The position numbers were made by a program, and so were the translations under genes. A stretch of DNA of 55,368 nucleotides, counting the filler, from Catajapyx aquilonaris (taxonomy: Eukaryota), in the NCBI GenBank assembly GCA_000934665.2. It is 4 parts of 4 records of this genome, joined end to end, with 100 filler letters (N's around TTAATTAATTAA, not from the genome) between each part and the next. Parts side by side here need not be neighbours in the genome. Positions count along the whole stretch, not along the records: positions 1 to 13,767 come from JYFJ02007994.1; positions 13,868 to 27,641 come from JYFJ02007995.1; 2 more parts are not named here. One strand, given 5' to 3'. How positions within the stretch are numbered: position 1 is the stretch's first letter; each line of letters opens with the position of its first letter. Under the pieces are notes generated by a model, which did no database searches, had not been told where the DNA came from, and worked only from the letters and a program-made list of their open reading frames with translations. Shown here one piece after another: positions 10,797 to 21,864 of the stretch.

Positions 10797-11390
10797 CACT
10801 CTTAAAAAAGGTGGATATGAAACCTATTTATTATCAAGGTTCGAAATAGAGCGGTTAGAGGATATGCCGTATAGGCCTACTTCAAATGCCATGAATTTTA
10901 AAGAGTATTTACTTGCAGGCTATCTTGAAAGAATCCCTCAAAGGGAAATTTAAGAAGGAGAGACTCCATCTCTCCGACAATGAGGAGGTGAGGAAAGCAA
11001 AACAGAAGTTTGGGAGGCCGGGGATTTCCGGCCGACCCTCAGGCCGGCGAGAGGAGGTGGGACCTCTACCAGCACCCTGCAAATGGCGATCAGTAAGACT
11101 TCTTAAAATGCAGTTGTTGCCGCGAAGCTTGTTCGTTTGCTTTTATTTATTTGTAATGTTTGGCATATATTTTCTTTCAGATTGACATCCCGGAGCCAGC
11201 AGGAGAAGACGATGCCAGCAAAGAGCAGCATTTGCTGGACATGAAGGTGGAGATGAGGAAGCCTTCACCAGATATTGTTCTGGTGAAGTCTAAGATGGAA
11301 AAAGTGCTCTCTCTTTTAGAGGGCGATATCAGTAATAGCCCTCCATATGAGATACTGGAAAAGTTTCCTGCCCTCTCAAATGTGGACGTG
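10797..11390 (+). mobile_element. CACT-type left end followed by SAMD3-like accessory-protein exons
   Basis: CACTCTTAAAAA at 10797. Exon LKESLKGKFKKERLHL..EVRKAKQKFG (10919-~11092) and exon GEDDASKEQH..EMRKPSPD..KM..ILEKFPAL (11181-11390), both with GT-AG ends. Confidence 0.55.
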
Positions 11391-11738
11391 GTAAGTTGAA
11401 CCAGATCTAAATAAATCCCTTCAACTCAACACCATCCCTTCTTTTGCATTGCCATAATTATCACGCCAGAAAGTCTAATGATTCCCTCACAAAATCTTCC
11501 TACTGTTACCTACTGTTACATAAATTTTTAATGTAAGAACTGTGTCTTTTCCTAATGTTCAAGCTAATTCGCCACTCTTCAGTTATATTTACTTGCCATA
11601 ATTACACTATATAACAAATATTAACTTTATGTTTGAGCATTTATTGTGTGTTTCAGTTTCCCCGTGTCTAGAAAGTACAGAAAATGGCAATTATGGTGTA
11701 AAAAGTTTGCTTTTGTGACCAGGACAATCATATGTATA

Positions 11739-12190
11739 CAGGGCGATCACAGAAGAAGGGGACCCTGCTAAATTCTTTTTAACTTATTAGAGTAATTAAA
11801 ATTATTTCACTTTGGAAAATGCACAAAAAAGTTGCGTTTAGCTTTTTATAACATTTCAGAGTGGTTTCCAAGGCCATCCGATCAATTAGGGCTGGGTGAT
11901 GACTCTTTTTCCCTGAGGGGTGCCCATATTTTCGTCTCTTTTTTTCACACCGACGCGACGGAACTGCTCGGCGCCCGCTCACTTGCCGACAAAAGCCGCA
12001 TGCATTAAAATTGAAGATCAGACTGACCTGCTTGACCCACGTCACAGAAGATGTCGGGAAATGTCCCCCTTGTACTTATAAACACAACTGCACTAGTCAC
12101 ACCATATGTTGGGGCCATGTGATTTGGGTGACCATACGTCTCTGAATCTCGTCCCCTCGTTGACCTTCCAATCATTTCTTATTCCCAACC
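11739..12190 (-). mobile_element. 3' end of a degenerate Tc1/mariner element
   Basis: TA|CAGGGCGATC terminus at 11739. The - strand near 12050-12110 reads MV*LVQLCL*VQGGHF, resembling the R..LC...GGHFE C-terminus of DUF4817-type transposases. Confidence 0.5.
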
Positions 12191-12377
12191 CTAGCAATTT
12201 TTTTGTATGCAGGTGGTTCCCGAAATAAGTTTTTCCCTCGTGTCTCCCCTCTTCGAGCTGCCAATCATTTCAGAGTGCTCCGGTTTCCTCCAGCGCCCTC
12301 AACAGTGACAGTATGGTTTGCTTTGCTGGAGCATGCTGCACACCAAACGCACTATACTGTATACCTAGGTACATAGC

Positions 12378-13135
12378 ATGGCGTCAAGAGGCTGCAAGCA
12401 TCCAGTGGACTCATTTTGCTATGTGTGTGGTGAATTCCTCAAGACAAGAGCGAAAAAGTACCCTGTACAATAATCATCGAGAATGTGTCAGGCCTACGAG
12501 GCATATTTTGGAATGCCAGTTGGAGATCAGGATAAAACATGGGCACCTCATTTCACCTGCGTGAACTGCATAAGAACTCTAGAAGGTAAGGTAAAATTAA
12601 GGTAGTTGTTGCTCACTAGATATCTTAGTTTTACATTGATTTAATTTTGTTCCACTGCAGCATGGTACAGAGGAGAGAAAAGGGCCATGAGGTTTGCAAT
12701 TCCACGAATTTGGAGGGAACCTACTGACCACACAAGCAACTGTTACTTCTGCATGGTGGACCCTTCAAAACGCCGATCTGGTAAAATGCAAAAGCAGTGG
12801 TGTATCCAGACATTCCTTCATCAATCGCACAAGTGCCACACAGCACAGAGTACCCAGTGCCCACTCCACCAGCAGCAAAAGAACCTCCTATAAAAGTAGC
12901 CAATCAGACAGCGACGGAGATGAAGATGCTAATTTCACCGACTCTGTTTCGGACCAAGTGCCATATTTCCCGAATCAACAAGACCTGAATGATTTGATAA
13001 GAGATCTTGGACTCACAAAATCTAATGCTGAGCTGTTTACCTCCAGGCTCAAGCAGTGGAACCTTTTGGACGAAAGTACATATAACAGACCAGAGGAAGC
13101 GACACCAGGATTTTTCAAGTTTCTTCAACAGTCAA
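12378..13135 (+). mobile_element. Chapaev3-like transposase, N-terminal part, with intron 12586-12660
   Basis: MASRGCKHPVDSFCYVCGEF..YFGMPVGDQDKTWAPHFTCVNC..WREPTDHTSNCYFC..YPDIPSS..PH..NQQDLNDLIRDLGLTKSNAELFTSRLKQWNLL. Contains one stop and frameshifts. Confidence 0.8.
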
Positions 13136-13169
13136 CTTCTCTCTTTCCGTGACTCCAGAAAAGTGGGCT

Positions 13170-13525
13170 ATCATCGCCCCCAGCCAGTACAGTACAAGCG
13201 GAACACTCTAACAGGGCTGAAAGCTCGAGAGTATGCAGTGCTCCCGAAAGGTGTCTGGACCGATATTGTAGCAGAGATGCTTTGGGATTCTAAAGGCATA
13301 CCCTGTTGCTGGAGGTTCCACACACACCGCGTGAGCACAACAGAAAGAGCTGAGTTTTTCATCACTTTGCAAGGATCCTGCGTCGACTGTGGGGCTCATC
13401 TTCTCGGAGTGATTGAAGAGAAACCAAGGGAGGGATCAGCTGTTACTATCGTCTTTACTCTAACTGGAGGCAATTCTGAATTACAGCATGATACTAAGAG
13501 AAGGTTGGTTGGTCAAAGGCGTGTG
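13170..13525 (+). mobile_element. N-terminal fragment of a NOF-FB-like (MULE) transposase
   Basis: REYAVLPKGVWTDIVAEMLW..IPCCWRF..V..ITLQGSCVDCGA..H..KRRLVGQRR. Confidence 0.6.
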
Positions 13526-13540
13526 AACACATGCTATACA

Positions 13541-13767
13541 TCTAATATATATAAAGCCCCAATCCGAGGAGGATATAGGATGGAAAAGATCTCCCACTTC
13601 CCGAGGTCGTACAGACCTCCGACTTACGCCGTTGGATTCCTTGCACCCGCTAACCTATTTTCAAAAATCCTCATAATCGCAAAATTCCCAGCCGTGTTCG
13701 AGATCGCGAAATTAAATGTAGACGCAAACCCGAGATCGCGAAATTAATGTATACCGCCAACTCCCCC
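13541..13767 (+). mobile_element. Helitron-like 5' end, cut by the segment end
   Basis: a|TCTAATATATATAAA start, followed by a short tandem repeat (cgagatcgcgaaattaa). Confidence 0.5.
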
Positions 13768-13867
13768 NNNNNNNNNNNNNNNNNNNNNNNNNNNNNNNNN
13801 NNNNNNNNNNNTTAATTAATTAANNNNNNNNNNNNNNNNNNNNNNNNNNNNNNNNNNNNNNNNNNNN
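13768..13867. other. Artificial contig-joining spacer
   Basis: 44 N + TTAATTAATTAA (stops in all six frames) + 44 N. Confidence 0.97.
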
Positions 13868-14082
13868 GACTCAGGTCTCAGACCACCTTTCTTTAGCAGA
13901 AGCACAGTCACTGGTGTCCTCCTCATTTTTTCTGTTCTTTTTCATGCCTATATGGCTCTATACACTGGAAGTTTGCAAGGTTTGGTTTACATTATTGAGG
14001 AATCCAAGACTGTGACTTATGACTGACTCTTATAGTTTATTACAGTTTTTAGTTAAGCTACATGACTAGTGAACTGGTGTTT

Positions 14083-14290
14083 TTTTTTTAATAAATCGGG
14101 TTAGTGCACCCCCGTAATTGGGCATCTGGCACGGTACCTTTATTTGCTTAAAATGTACAAGCTTTTACAAGTGGTCCTTTTCCGTAACGCCCGGGTACCG
14201 CGAGCGAAGGGGGAATAAATAGGAGGGGATGTGCAAAGTGCAAGTGCAATGTCTCTAATTGGTCATTTTGTGAACTCCCCCGGGTGGTTT
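14083..14290 (-). mobile_element. 5'-truncated SINE (family A)
   Basis: Matches the 3' half of 15565-15875; poly-T tail; TSD aactggtgttt at 14072 and 14291. Confidence 0.85.
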
Positions 14291-14375
14291 AACTGGTGTT
14301 TTGAAATCACAATCATTATCATCCATTGGCGGTAACAATATTCGACACAATATACCAAGAATCAGCCACTTTTAC

Positions 14376-14621
14376 CTCACTCATTGGCTCTTGCTTGCCA
14401 TCCCCTCCTCCGAACACTTCAGGCACCATGTCCCGGCTGGTCGGTTCTTCTCCCAGCACTGCCGCCTTCTTATCTGCTTCCCTCAAGGGTTCTCCTCCTC
14501 CACCGGTGCTCTGCTGGGATAACAGATTATTGACTCTGGTCTCAGACCATCTTTCTTTAGGAGAAGCACAGTCACTGGTGTCCTCCTCATTTTTTATGTT
14601 CTTTTTCATGCCTATATGGCT
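14376..14621 (-). CDS. Putative symmetric (phase 0-0) 246-nt exon encoding an acidic low-complexity peptide
   Basis: Bounded by tag|AGC and GAG|gtaaaa. 82 open codons SHIGMKKNIKNEEDTSD...KQEPMSE; no recognised homology. Confidence 0.4.
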
Positions 14622-15564
14622 CTATACACTGGAAGTTTGCAAGGTTTGGTTTACTTTATTGAGGAATCCAAGACTGTGACTTATGACTGACTCTTATAGT
14701 TTATTACAGTTTGTAGTTAAGCTACATGACTAGTGAACTGGTGTTTTGAAATCACCATCATTATCATTCATTGGCGGTAACAATATTCGACACAATACAC
14801 TGGATATCAAGAATCAGCCACTACTTATACGTGCTGGGTTCACTGCAGATCACACAACACAGCCTAAAAGCCAGGGGCACCGAACCGTCGAGCAAATATG
14901 TCAAAAATGGAGCTGTTCAAAATTATTATTAATCAGTGGTCAGTTTTTGCAAACATGCAGAAACCTTATGTTTTTGTTGAACTGAGGTAGGCACTCCCCA
15001 ACATTCGTCTGTTTTCAAAATACTAAGTTCTCCTTCTGTTAATTCTAACAGGTCAGCTAAAAGGTTGGAAGAAAACTGGGCATAAGGCCATGAACAGGAA
15101 TGGGAGGTATGGAAGACCAGTTTATGGGGAGTGGCTGCAGGAGCAAATCGTAGAACCCCAAGAAAACTCACACTAAACCTTGCACAAACCACCCTCACTC
15201 AATTATTCTCTAGCATGATCATAGTTCAAGACGAGTTCACATTAGCTACACTGTTTGGTGTGCTCTTTTGTTTTTCCAAATCTCATTGCTGAGATGGAAT
15301 TGAACTTATGAGCAATTTTTAAAAGGTGCACTGAGAAAATTCAAATCGCAATAATCAGCATAAATTAGAACCACTTTTTAAAAAGCTTATTCCTGGAACC
15401 ATTAAGACACTGCATAACAACTACAAGGTCAAAGGTGCTATGTGTTAGGTCTTGCAATAGTAGTAGGCCTATAGTACCAGCACTAGTACCGGTACTGAAT
15501 ATAAGTCACAAGCCCTTGAATTGCTTGTTACATTATTGTTGACAGTTATCCTTGTCTATTTTGT

Positions 15565-15875
15565 AGGGAAGGCGAAGTGGTGCTGCGGTAACGTATGCGC
15601 CCACAGATGGAAGGGTCCCGGGTTCGATACCAAGCCCAGGCATTCCCCCCTTTCATCTCGTGCGGAGTTCGGGGTGGGATTTCCGATTGACGAACCACCC
15701 GGGGAGCTCAAAAAATGACCATAGGGCCAACATTGCACATCCCCTCCCAGTCACCCTGCCCTCGGACCAGGGCTCTTCGTTGTCCAAATTAATGTACATC
15801 TTGGCAAATAAAGGTCCGTGTCAAAACCTCAGCTGAGGTATGGCACTATACCCAATTATTAAAAAATTATTACTA
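15565..15875 (+). mobile_element. tRNA-derived SINE (family A)
   Basis: A/B-box-like head (gtggtgctgcggtaacg..gggttcgatacc), AT-rich tail, 13-bp TSD ttgtctattttgt. Confidence 0.9.
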
Positions 15876-15921
15876 TTGTCTATTTTGTGATCAACAGCAC
15901 TTTTCCAATGCTGAATATATT

Positions 15922-16279
15922 TTATTATAAATATATTTTTTTATTATATACCCCGTGATAGGGCCATAGGCCCTTATAGGGGAGAGGAATACCACCATTT
16001 TTCCTTCAATTTTCTATTTTTCTTCTAACTCCGGTGCAAGGATGAAAGGACATGGGGTAAGGGTAGGGATTTTTGGGGAGGGAACATTGGTGCAAGTGCA
16101 ATGTCGGTAAAGGGGTCATGTGCTGTTCCCCAGGAGGTTAGGTTGCCAGACACCTCCTTGGTGCAGGTCAGAGACCCTCCTGACGCAGGTGAAAGGAAAG
16201 TTCCCCAGGCGGGGATCGAACCTGGGGCCTTTCACTCAGAAAGCCGAGACGTTACCATTTCGGCCATCTACACCTCCCC
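15922..16279 (-). mobile_element. tRNA-derived SINE (family C)
   Basis: Head ggggaggtgtagatggccgaaatggtaacg..ggttcgatccc on the - strand; TSD aatgctgaatatatt. Confidence 0.88.
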
Positions 16280-16361
16280 AATGCTGAATATATTGTGCAC
16301 TATTGATGTGAAACAATGAAGATTTTTTTTTGCTAATCTCGTGTCAACCTGAACGGATAAA

Positions 16362-16757
16362 CAGGGTGACCCTAAAGTCTGGACACATAGGTAATTGTAT
16401 CCTATTGTATTGGATTGTTGGTTGCCATGTACCAACTGGCAGGTTGTTGACAGTTGACAATAAAGGTTGAGGTCTTGAAGGAGAATATGGGTATGTTTTT
16501 GGTCCCTCCAGGAAGCTGGGGAAGGGGAGCTAAGGAGAGGTGGAAGCGGGCGGCCCGCTTCCACCTCTCCTCAGCGCCCCTTCCCCAGCTTCCTGGAGAG
16601 GGACCAAAAACACACCCTATGTGTTCTTATTACAGCTGGGCCCTTAAAAGCCAAATAATACAGTAACATGAGCTCATTGACAACCTGCCTATTGGCACAA
16701 CTAGCAACCAACAATACAATTCAATTGCCTATCTGTCCAGACTTTTGGGCCACCCTG
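16362..16757. mobile_element. Foldback MITE with CAGGGTG termini and an inner near-perfect GC-rich palindrome
   Basis: Outer arms cagggtgaccctaaagtctggaca / tgtccagacttttgggccaccctg|ta. Inner arms of ~60 bp are centred on 16552. Confidence 0.8.
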
Positions 16758-17162
16758 TATATTACCAGCAAGTTACCAAGCAGTCTGCAAGATGTGCTTC
16801 TTCCCATTAGGAACACCAAGGATGTGACTAGTCATTTCTATAATTATTGACATAATTTAAAATCAGAATTGCCATTGTGACTTCACTTGTCTACCCTTAT
16901 TCTGGAATTTTCTTAGCCTGTGTAATGCATCCGCCTTGGCATCAGCCATAATTCCATTTTTGAATGAAAACACTCAGGATGCATAATATGTTACCTACCT
17001 CTCCAACGACACAATAGTTAGACCTACCTCTCCTGGCCCTTCCATCCTATGCATGAGCCACTCTCAAGTACGTTAAATGGTCATCACCGACACTGCAAGA
17101 ATGTTTAGCCAGAACAATCCTGCAAGACCCACAAGCCTATAGGACGAGGAATAACAACTGAC

Positions 17163-17195
17163 CTTCGCCTTTGGCTTGGACATATTTCCACCCAT
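17163..17195 (-). CDS. Putative first coding exon MGGNMSKPKAK (N-myristoylation consensus)
   Basis: ATG at 17195, 11 codons, donor AAG|gtcagt (phase 0); CpG-rich stretch upstream at 17200-17520. Confidence 0.4.
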
Positions 17196-17863
17196 CTGGC
17201 ACAGTCTCCGAAGTCCGAACACCAACGGACGAGGAGTTAGTATCACTGAGTAAATGACGACCGGGTGACAACGACAGAAAAATGGAAGGTGTAAACAAGT
17301 GTTGCCAACCGTGCCACTGTCCCACTGTTGCCAGTAGTTACTTGCACCTCGCACGCCGCGCCGCGCCGGTTGCCTCAAAGTAGCCACTAACGACTAATGA
17401 CACCTATTAGATGCTATCCATGTATGAAATAATATTGCTGGCGGCATGAGCGTCTGAAGTACTGATCACTTCTGGCACAAGGACACACGGGAACGCACGG
17501 GAACAAAAGCAGGGGGTTGGGCACGCTGCATGGATTTCCCTCCATTTTCAAATGCTTGCTCCCTCGACCAACAGAGGCCTCTTGTCTGCAGAATGGAGAA
17601 GCTTTGGGCGGTATATTCGAAAACCACCAGACTCCACAAGACTATTGCCCGGTCTCAGGTCCAGGAGGAGATACAGAAATACAGAATGGCAAAACCATAA
17701 TAACATTCGTTGTGCTCACATCTAAAATCATCGGCCAATGCACTGGGCCAGGGACCCGGGTTGTGGTTTCGGAATTCTCCCTTAGCGAAACACTCTTCTG
17801 ACATGTAGCGTCAGACACCCCTGCAACAGTACCTTGAGTGTGATCAGTGTGATGCAGGAGAGA

Positions 17864-18288
17864 TTTTTTTTTTTTTTTTTTTTTTTTAATTACACCCTTG
17901 AAGCCTTCTGGCTTATGTAGGGGGGAGGTCTTTTCTACCATTTTCTAACTCTCCGGTGCTGGAATGGAGGGGGGGACAGTGGTGCAAGTGCAATGTCTCA
18001 TGGCGGAGGCCGTGTGCAGTCCCCCAGAGGGCTAGGTTGAAAGACGACCCTCTAGGTGCGGGTAAGAGGCCTCCCACAAACGCCGCACCTCCTCCAGTAC
18101 GGGGCAGGGATAGGGAAGGCAGGAAGCGGCTGTGGCCTACGATTAGGAAACAACTCCGGTATTCACCTGGGGGTGACCGTGGGAAACCACAGAAAACCAC
18201 GGTCAGAGTTGCCGGCCTGGGGATTTGATCCCTGGACCTCCCGATTTGCAGCCGGATACCAAATCCCCTCAGCTACTGCTGCTTCGGT
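17864..18288 (-). mobile_element. tRNA-derived SINE (family B, long form)
   Basis: Head ccgaagcag.., core ggttttctgtggtttccc..ggccacagccgcttcc, poly-A tail, 12-bp TSD atgcaggagaga. Confidence 0.9.
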
Positions 18289-19189
18289 ATGCAGGAGAGA
18301 ATTAAAGAGACACAACATGACATACAAAAATAGGTGCATTTGATCATGTGAGAAGCAACTCCAGGTAAGCTTATTCACCTGATCGTCCTCTACAAGTACA
18401 GTACCGGTACATGTTCCTCTGAAAGACACTTTCAGGACATTAATGTTCTGCATGCATTATTTTTGAGGAACTTATTGGATCGAGGAAACACTATTGACAA
18501 GTCCCATTCACAGCCATTTTCATCAGAACTTTACAGAATTTTCAATAGCAATTTGGAAAATGGTCAGGGAACTTTTAGAGCTTGTTTTGTGACATGATCA
18601 CAACATTATTGATATCAAGTTAACCAAACCTACCAACAAAGCATTCAGTGAAGTTTCAGGAATATGCTGCCTCAGGCTAAATCTTAAATGTTCATTATTC
18701 AATATAGATGGTCAGTGATGAATGTCAATATAATTATGTATAGCACTGGACCTGTATTATATTATTTAATAAGTTACACTAGTGACTAGTAAGTGGAAAT
18801 TACTATAGGAATAAAAATTGCAATGTAAGAGTACCGGTACTGTAAAGTTTTCTAAATATAAAAAAATGAAGCAAATGTTGACCTTCGGTGTATTAATTTA
18901 CTTGCTACCCTGTGTAAGAGCTGATCCCTCTTAGGGGGACACAACACTTGGAGCACATAATTATATGGAAACAGTTACAATAGTTGGATCGAGTTGGATC
19001 GAATACAAAAAAGCGCCAAAAGAAAAAGCAGACAAAGGAGACATTATAACCAGTAAAAATAACATGCTAAGTCACATAACTCCATTCTTTTAAGAACACT
19101 TTCCAGATTGACCTGAAGTGCACGACCAGAGGATGAGATGGGTTTTCATAAAACACTTAGTATCAGTTAATGGATTTTACCACGAAAAA

Positions 19190-19592
19190 CAAGACAGTCA
19201 GAACTCTGATGAGAGTCTGCAGACCTGTGTCTTTGAAGGCTTACTACTGACTTGCTGAATGCCTTATACCATCAGAATGCTGTGGAACACTTCTTCACCA
19301 GACACCTCTCTTAGCATGCCGTATGCCTTTGTTGCAGTTGTCTTCAAACAGAAGAAAAGCTTCAACAGTAAATATTGGTCCTCACTGCCAACCTCCTGGC
19401 AGAGCGGAGGCGAATGCAAACCTAGGCTTACTTTTGGTGTCACTGTCGCTTGGGATTTTGGAATATTCGAACAAAAATTGGTGATCTAATACATCAAGTC
19501 ATTCTGAACATGATGCCACTCACGAAAAGTCATGAACTAATTCTCTTTACCACATTAAAAAATCAGTACCAATTTGTTTTGACTCGCCCTCG
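19190..19592 (-). mobile_element. Degenerate mariner, 5' part
   Basis: TA|CGAGGGCGAGTCAAAA terminus on the - strand, then LKLFFCLKTTATKAYGMLREVSGEE..WYKAF (mariner HTH1). Confidence 0.65.
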
Positions 19593-21191
19593 TATAATCA
19601 GGTGGTTTTATTTCAAGCTTTAAAGTGGTATTTATTAGAAGACTGAGAAAATATTTCAAATTCATTTTACATACCAAGTTGCTCATGCTGCTTCAAAATA
19701 TAGTAGTTGACTTTGTGATCAAATTGTCAAATGGCTATTGAGTAGCCTTTGTGGTTTATTCATTTGTAAGTCGTGCGTGTGCAACAATAAATATTAATTA
19801 TTCCTAATATTTCGTTTAAATTTTCAAGCGAAGCTGCATTTATCCCAGTGCCAATTGGGATTCTTATCTTGTGATTATTTGAGGCAATGTTTGTATTCTT
19901 TACATGCTGTTGCCCTCTTTGAGTGTTTAATAACTGTATTGTGGATTAATGTAATCAATTTATCATAATAGATCTTACGTAGAGTTCATAGACCTTACTA
20001 GTGTCCAGTTCAACTACCCCCACCCACCTCTTCTCAAACACATGCAAAAAATGGAAATGAATAAATGTGATATTTTTATTCCATGAAAAGGAGAAATAAA
20101 CTATAAAAGCCAAATTTCCAATGTATTATTAGCAAGTGGTTTTACATCATCAGATACCTAAACTGTAATCCTTTATTTGATGCAAGTTTATCAGGAAGTG
20201 GAAAGAATACTTTCTTTAAAATGATGAATGATTACCAAGATAAAATGTGCATTTCAGAAACACTAATTGCAGTGTAGCTTAGTCCATAACATCAAAGAAG
20301 TAACAGTTGATTGGCATATACAACACCATATGATACGAATTAGTTATGTGTCATTCCAACATTCAGCTATACACTTCACATTCATACATCACAGTCTTTT
20401 CAGGTCTTCAAAAAGATGCAAAATTGATACATGTAGTCCGGTTTCTTAATGCACATTTTTTACGGAAAAATTATGCACTCTGTGCCAAATGCAATTTTTT
20501 TCCCCGTGTTCCAGGAACCTTATGGAGAATATGAGGACTGACTCAGGTGAGTTTCCATATATTTTTGTGGTTTGAATTTTAGGTTATGTTTATTTTCATT
20601 GTTATTTTTTCAATATAAAAGTGTAGAAGTAGAAGTAAAATGGACCACGTAATATATTTTTTTGGTAGAGAATATAATTTTTTAATGTAGCGCATCAGTT
20701 GATAACTAAGGTTTAAGAATATGTAAATATGTTGTGTCCAGGGCTCAGCGCCAAACATGACTAACCCTCATGAGGGGGTAAATGGCTTTAGGCGCGTTTT
20801 CTGAATCAGCAACAGCAACTTTTCTGCCGGCAAACGTGACTATGCCACTCTCTCGTTCTGGATGGTAATAATTGGAATTCCTGCTGCTACATTCTTGATT
20901 TGCAGAAATATGCTGCAGTTGAGTCTCCAATGTTATTGTGAGAGTTATTCTCTGATGATTGATATGAAACTTTTTCCAAAATTTTCAACAAGCCATCATG
21001 AACTTAAAGGTACTATAAACCTGGTGCATGACAATAATAATTTCGGTTTGTCTCTTTCTTGGATTTCTCCTAAATAAATAGAATCTCAGTGTAGATTTTC
21101 GTTAGCTTGATGTTTTATTATAAAAACCTTGTATCGTGGCCTTCGGGGAATTTAGAAATTAATCACAATTATCCCTAGAAAACCAAGAAGA

Positions 21192-21864
21192 TGTGGTGAT
21201 GCGCAGGAAGTGTTGGAAGAATCGGAGTCACTTTTGTTTAAATGGCAAAATGCAAATTTATTCACAGTGGTTTGGTTAAGTAGCAACAAATTTACAGTTA
21301 CACTTTAAGTGTGTTGTTTCGCCCCTTTCTTACTCTTTGCGCTGCTGTTGGATGATGGGCAGCTTCCACCAGAGTAAGTCTGGGCGGTGTGAAGTGTTCA
21401 TCCTGGTCACTGCGGACGGTCAGGATAAGCCCTCGGGTGGCCTCCTTCCTTCTTAGTGCAATAACCGGCTGCCTTCCTCCTCGTCAGGTCCAGTCCTCTT
21501 CTCCAGGTTGTCCAGCGCGAAATTGGTAGTCATCATCGTCCAGCCTCACGTGCGGCCGACACTTTCACTTAGCACTCGCACTTGTGGGAAGGTTTAAAAC
21601 TCCACTTCACCCTTGCCTCACAAACACAAGTTAAGCCGGTTGCCTCACATGAATGCCAATAGGTTGGTGAGAAAAATTTAGAAAACGTTAAAGTCCGGAA
21701 AAATCCGGAGCGCCACAAATTAGCGCCATGGTCACAAGAGACCCCCGAATCAACTGTCCAGTGCCCACACCTCATTCTGTCCAGCTCCCTAAAAGTCTCC
21801 AAAACTGAAATGGTCCCATTGGCTTATTGCACCATCAAACCCTCATTACTAGTGGTCATCCCCA
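21192..21864 (-). mobile_element. Probable degenerate solo LTR
   Basis: Starts TGTGGTGATG, has a polyA signal on the - strand (tttatt ~21257) and a GC-richer body. The right end (catcccca) matches poorly. Confidence 0.3.

Larger units (their letters stand above)
13868..14822. repeat. 445-bp tandem duplication (exon plus intron unit, about 1.7 copies visible)
   Basis: 13868-14082 matches 14532-14746 and 14291-14370 matches 14736-14822. The period is 445 bp once the SINE at 14083-14290 is removed. Confidence 0.9.

Noticed and set aside
13812..13823. TTAATTAATTAA palindrome recurring at ~13.87-kb intervals
   Set aside because: Centred in N runs of fixed length; an assembly linker, not biology.
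15565..15640. tRNA-like A/B boxes here and at 24081, 26288, 30220 and 51831 as tRNA genes
   Set aside because: Each continues into a shared body and tail, most with TSDs, so they are SINE heads.
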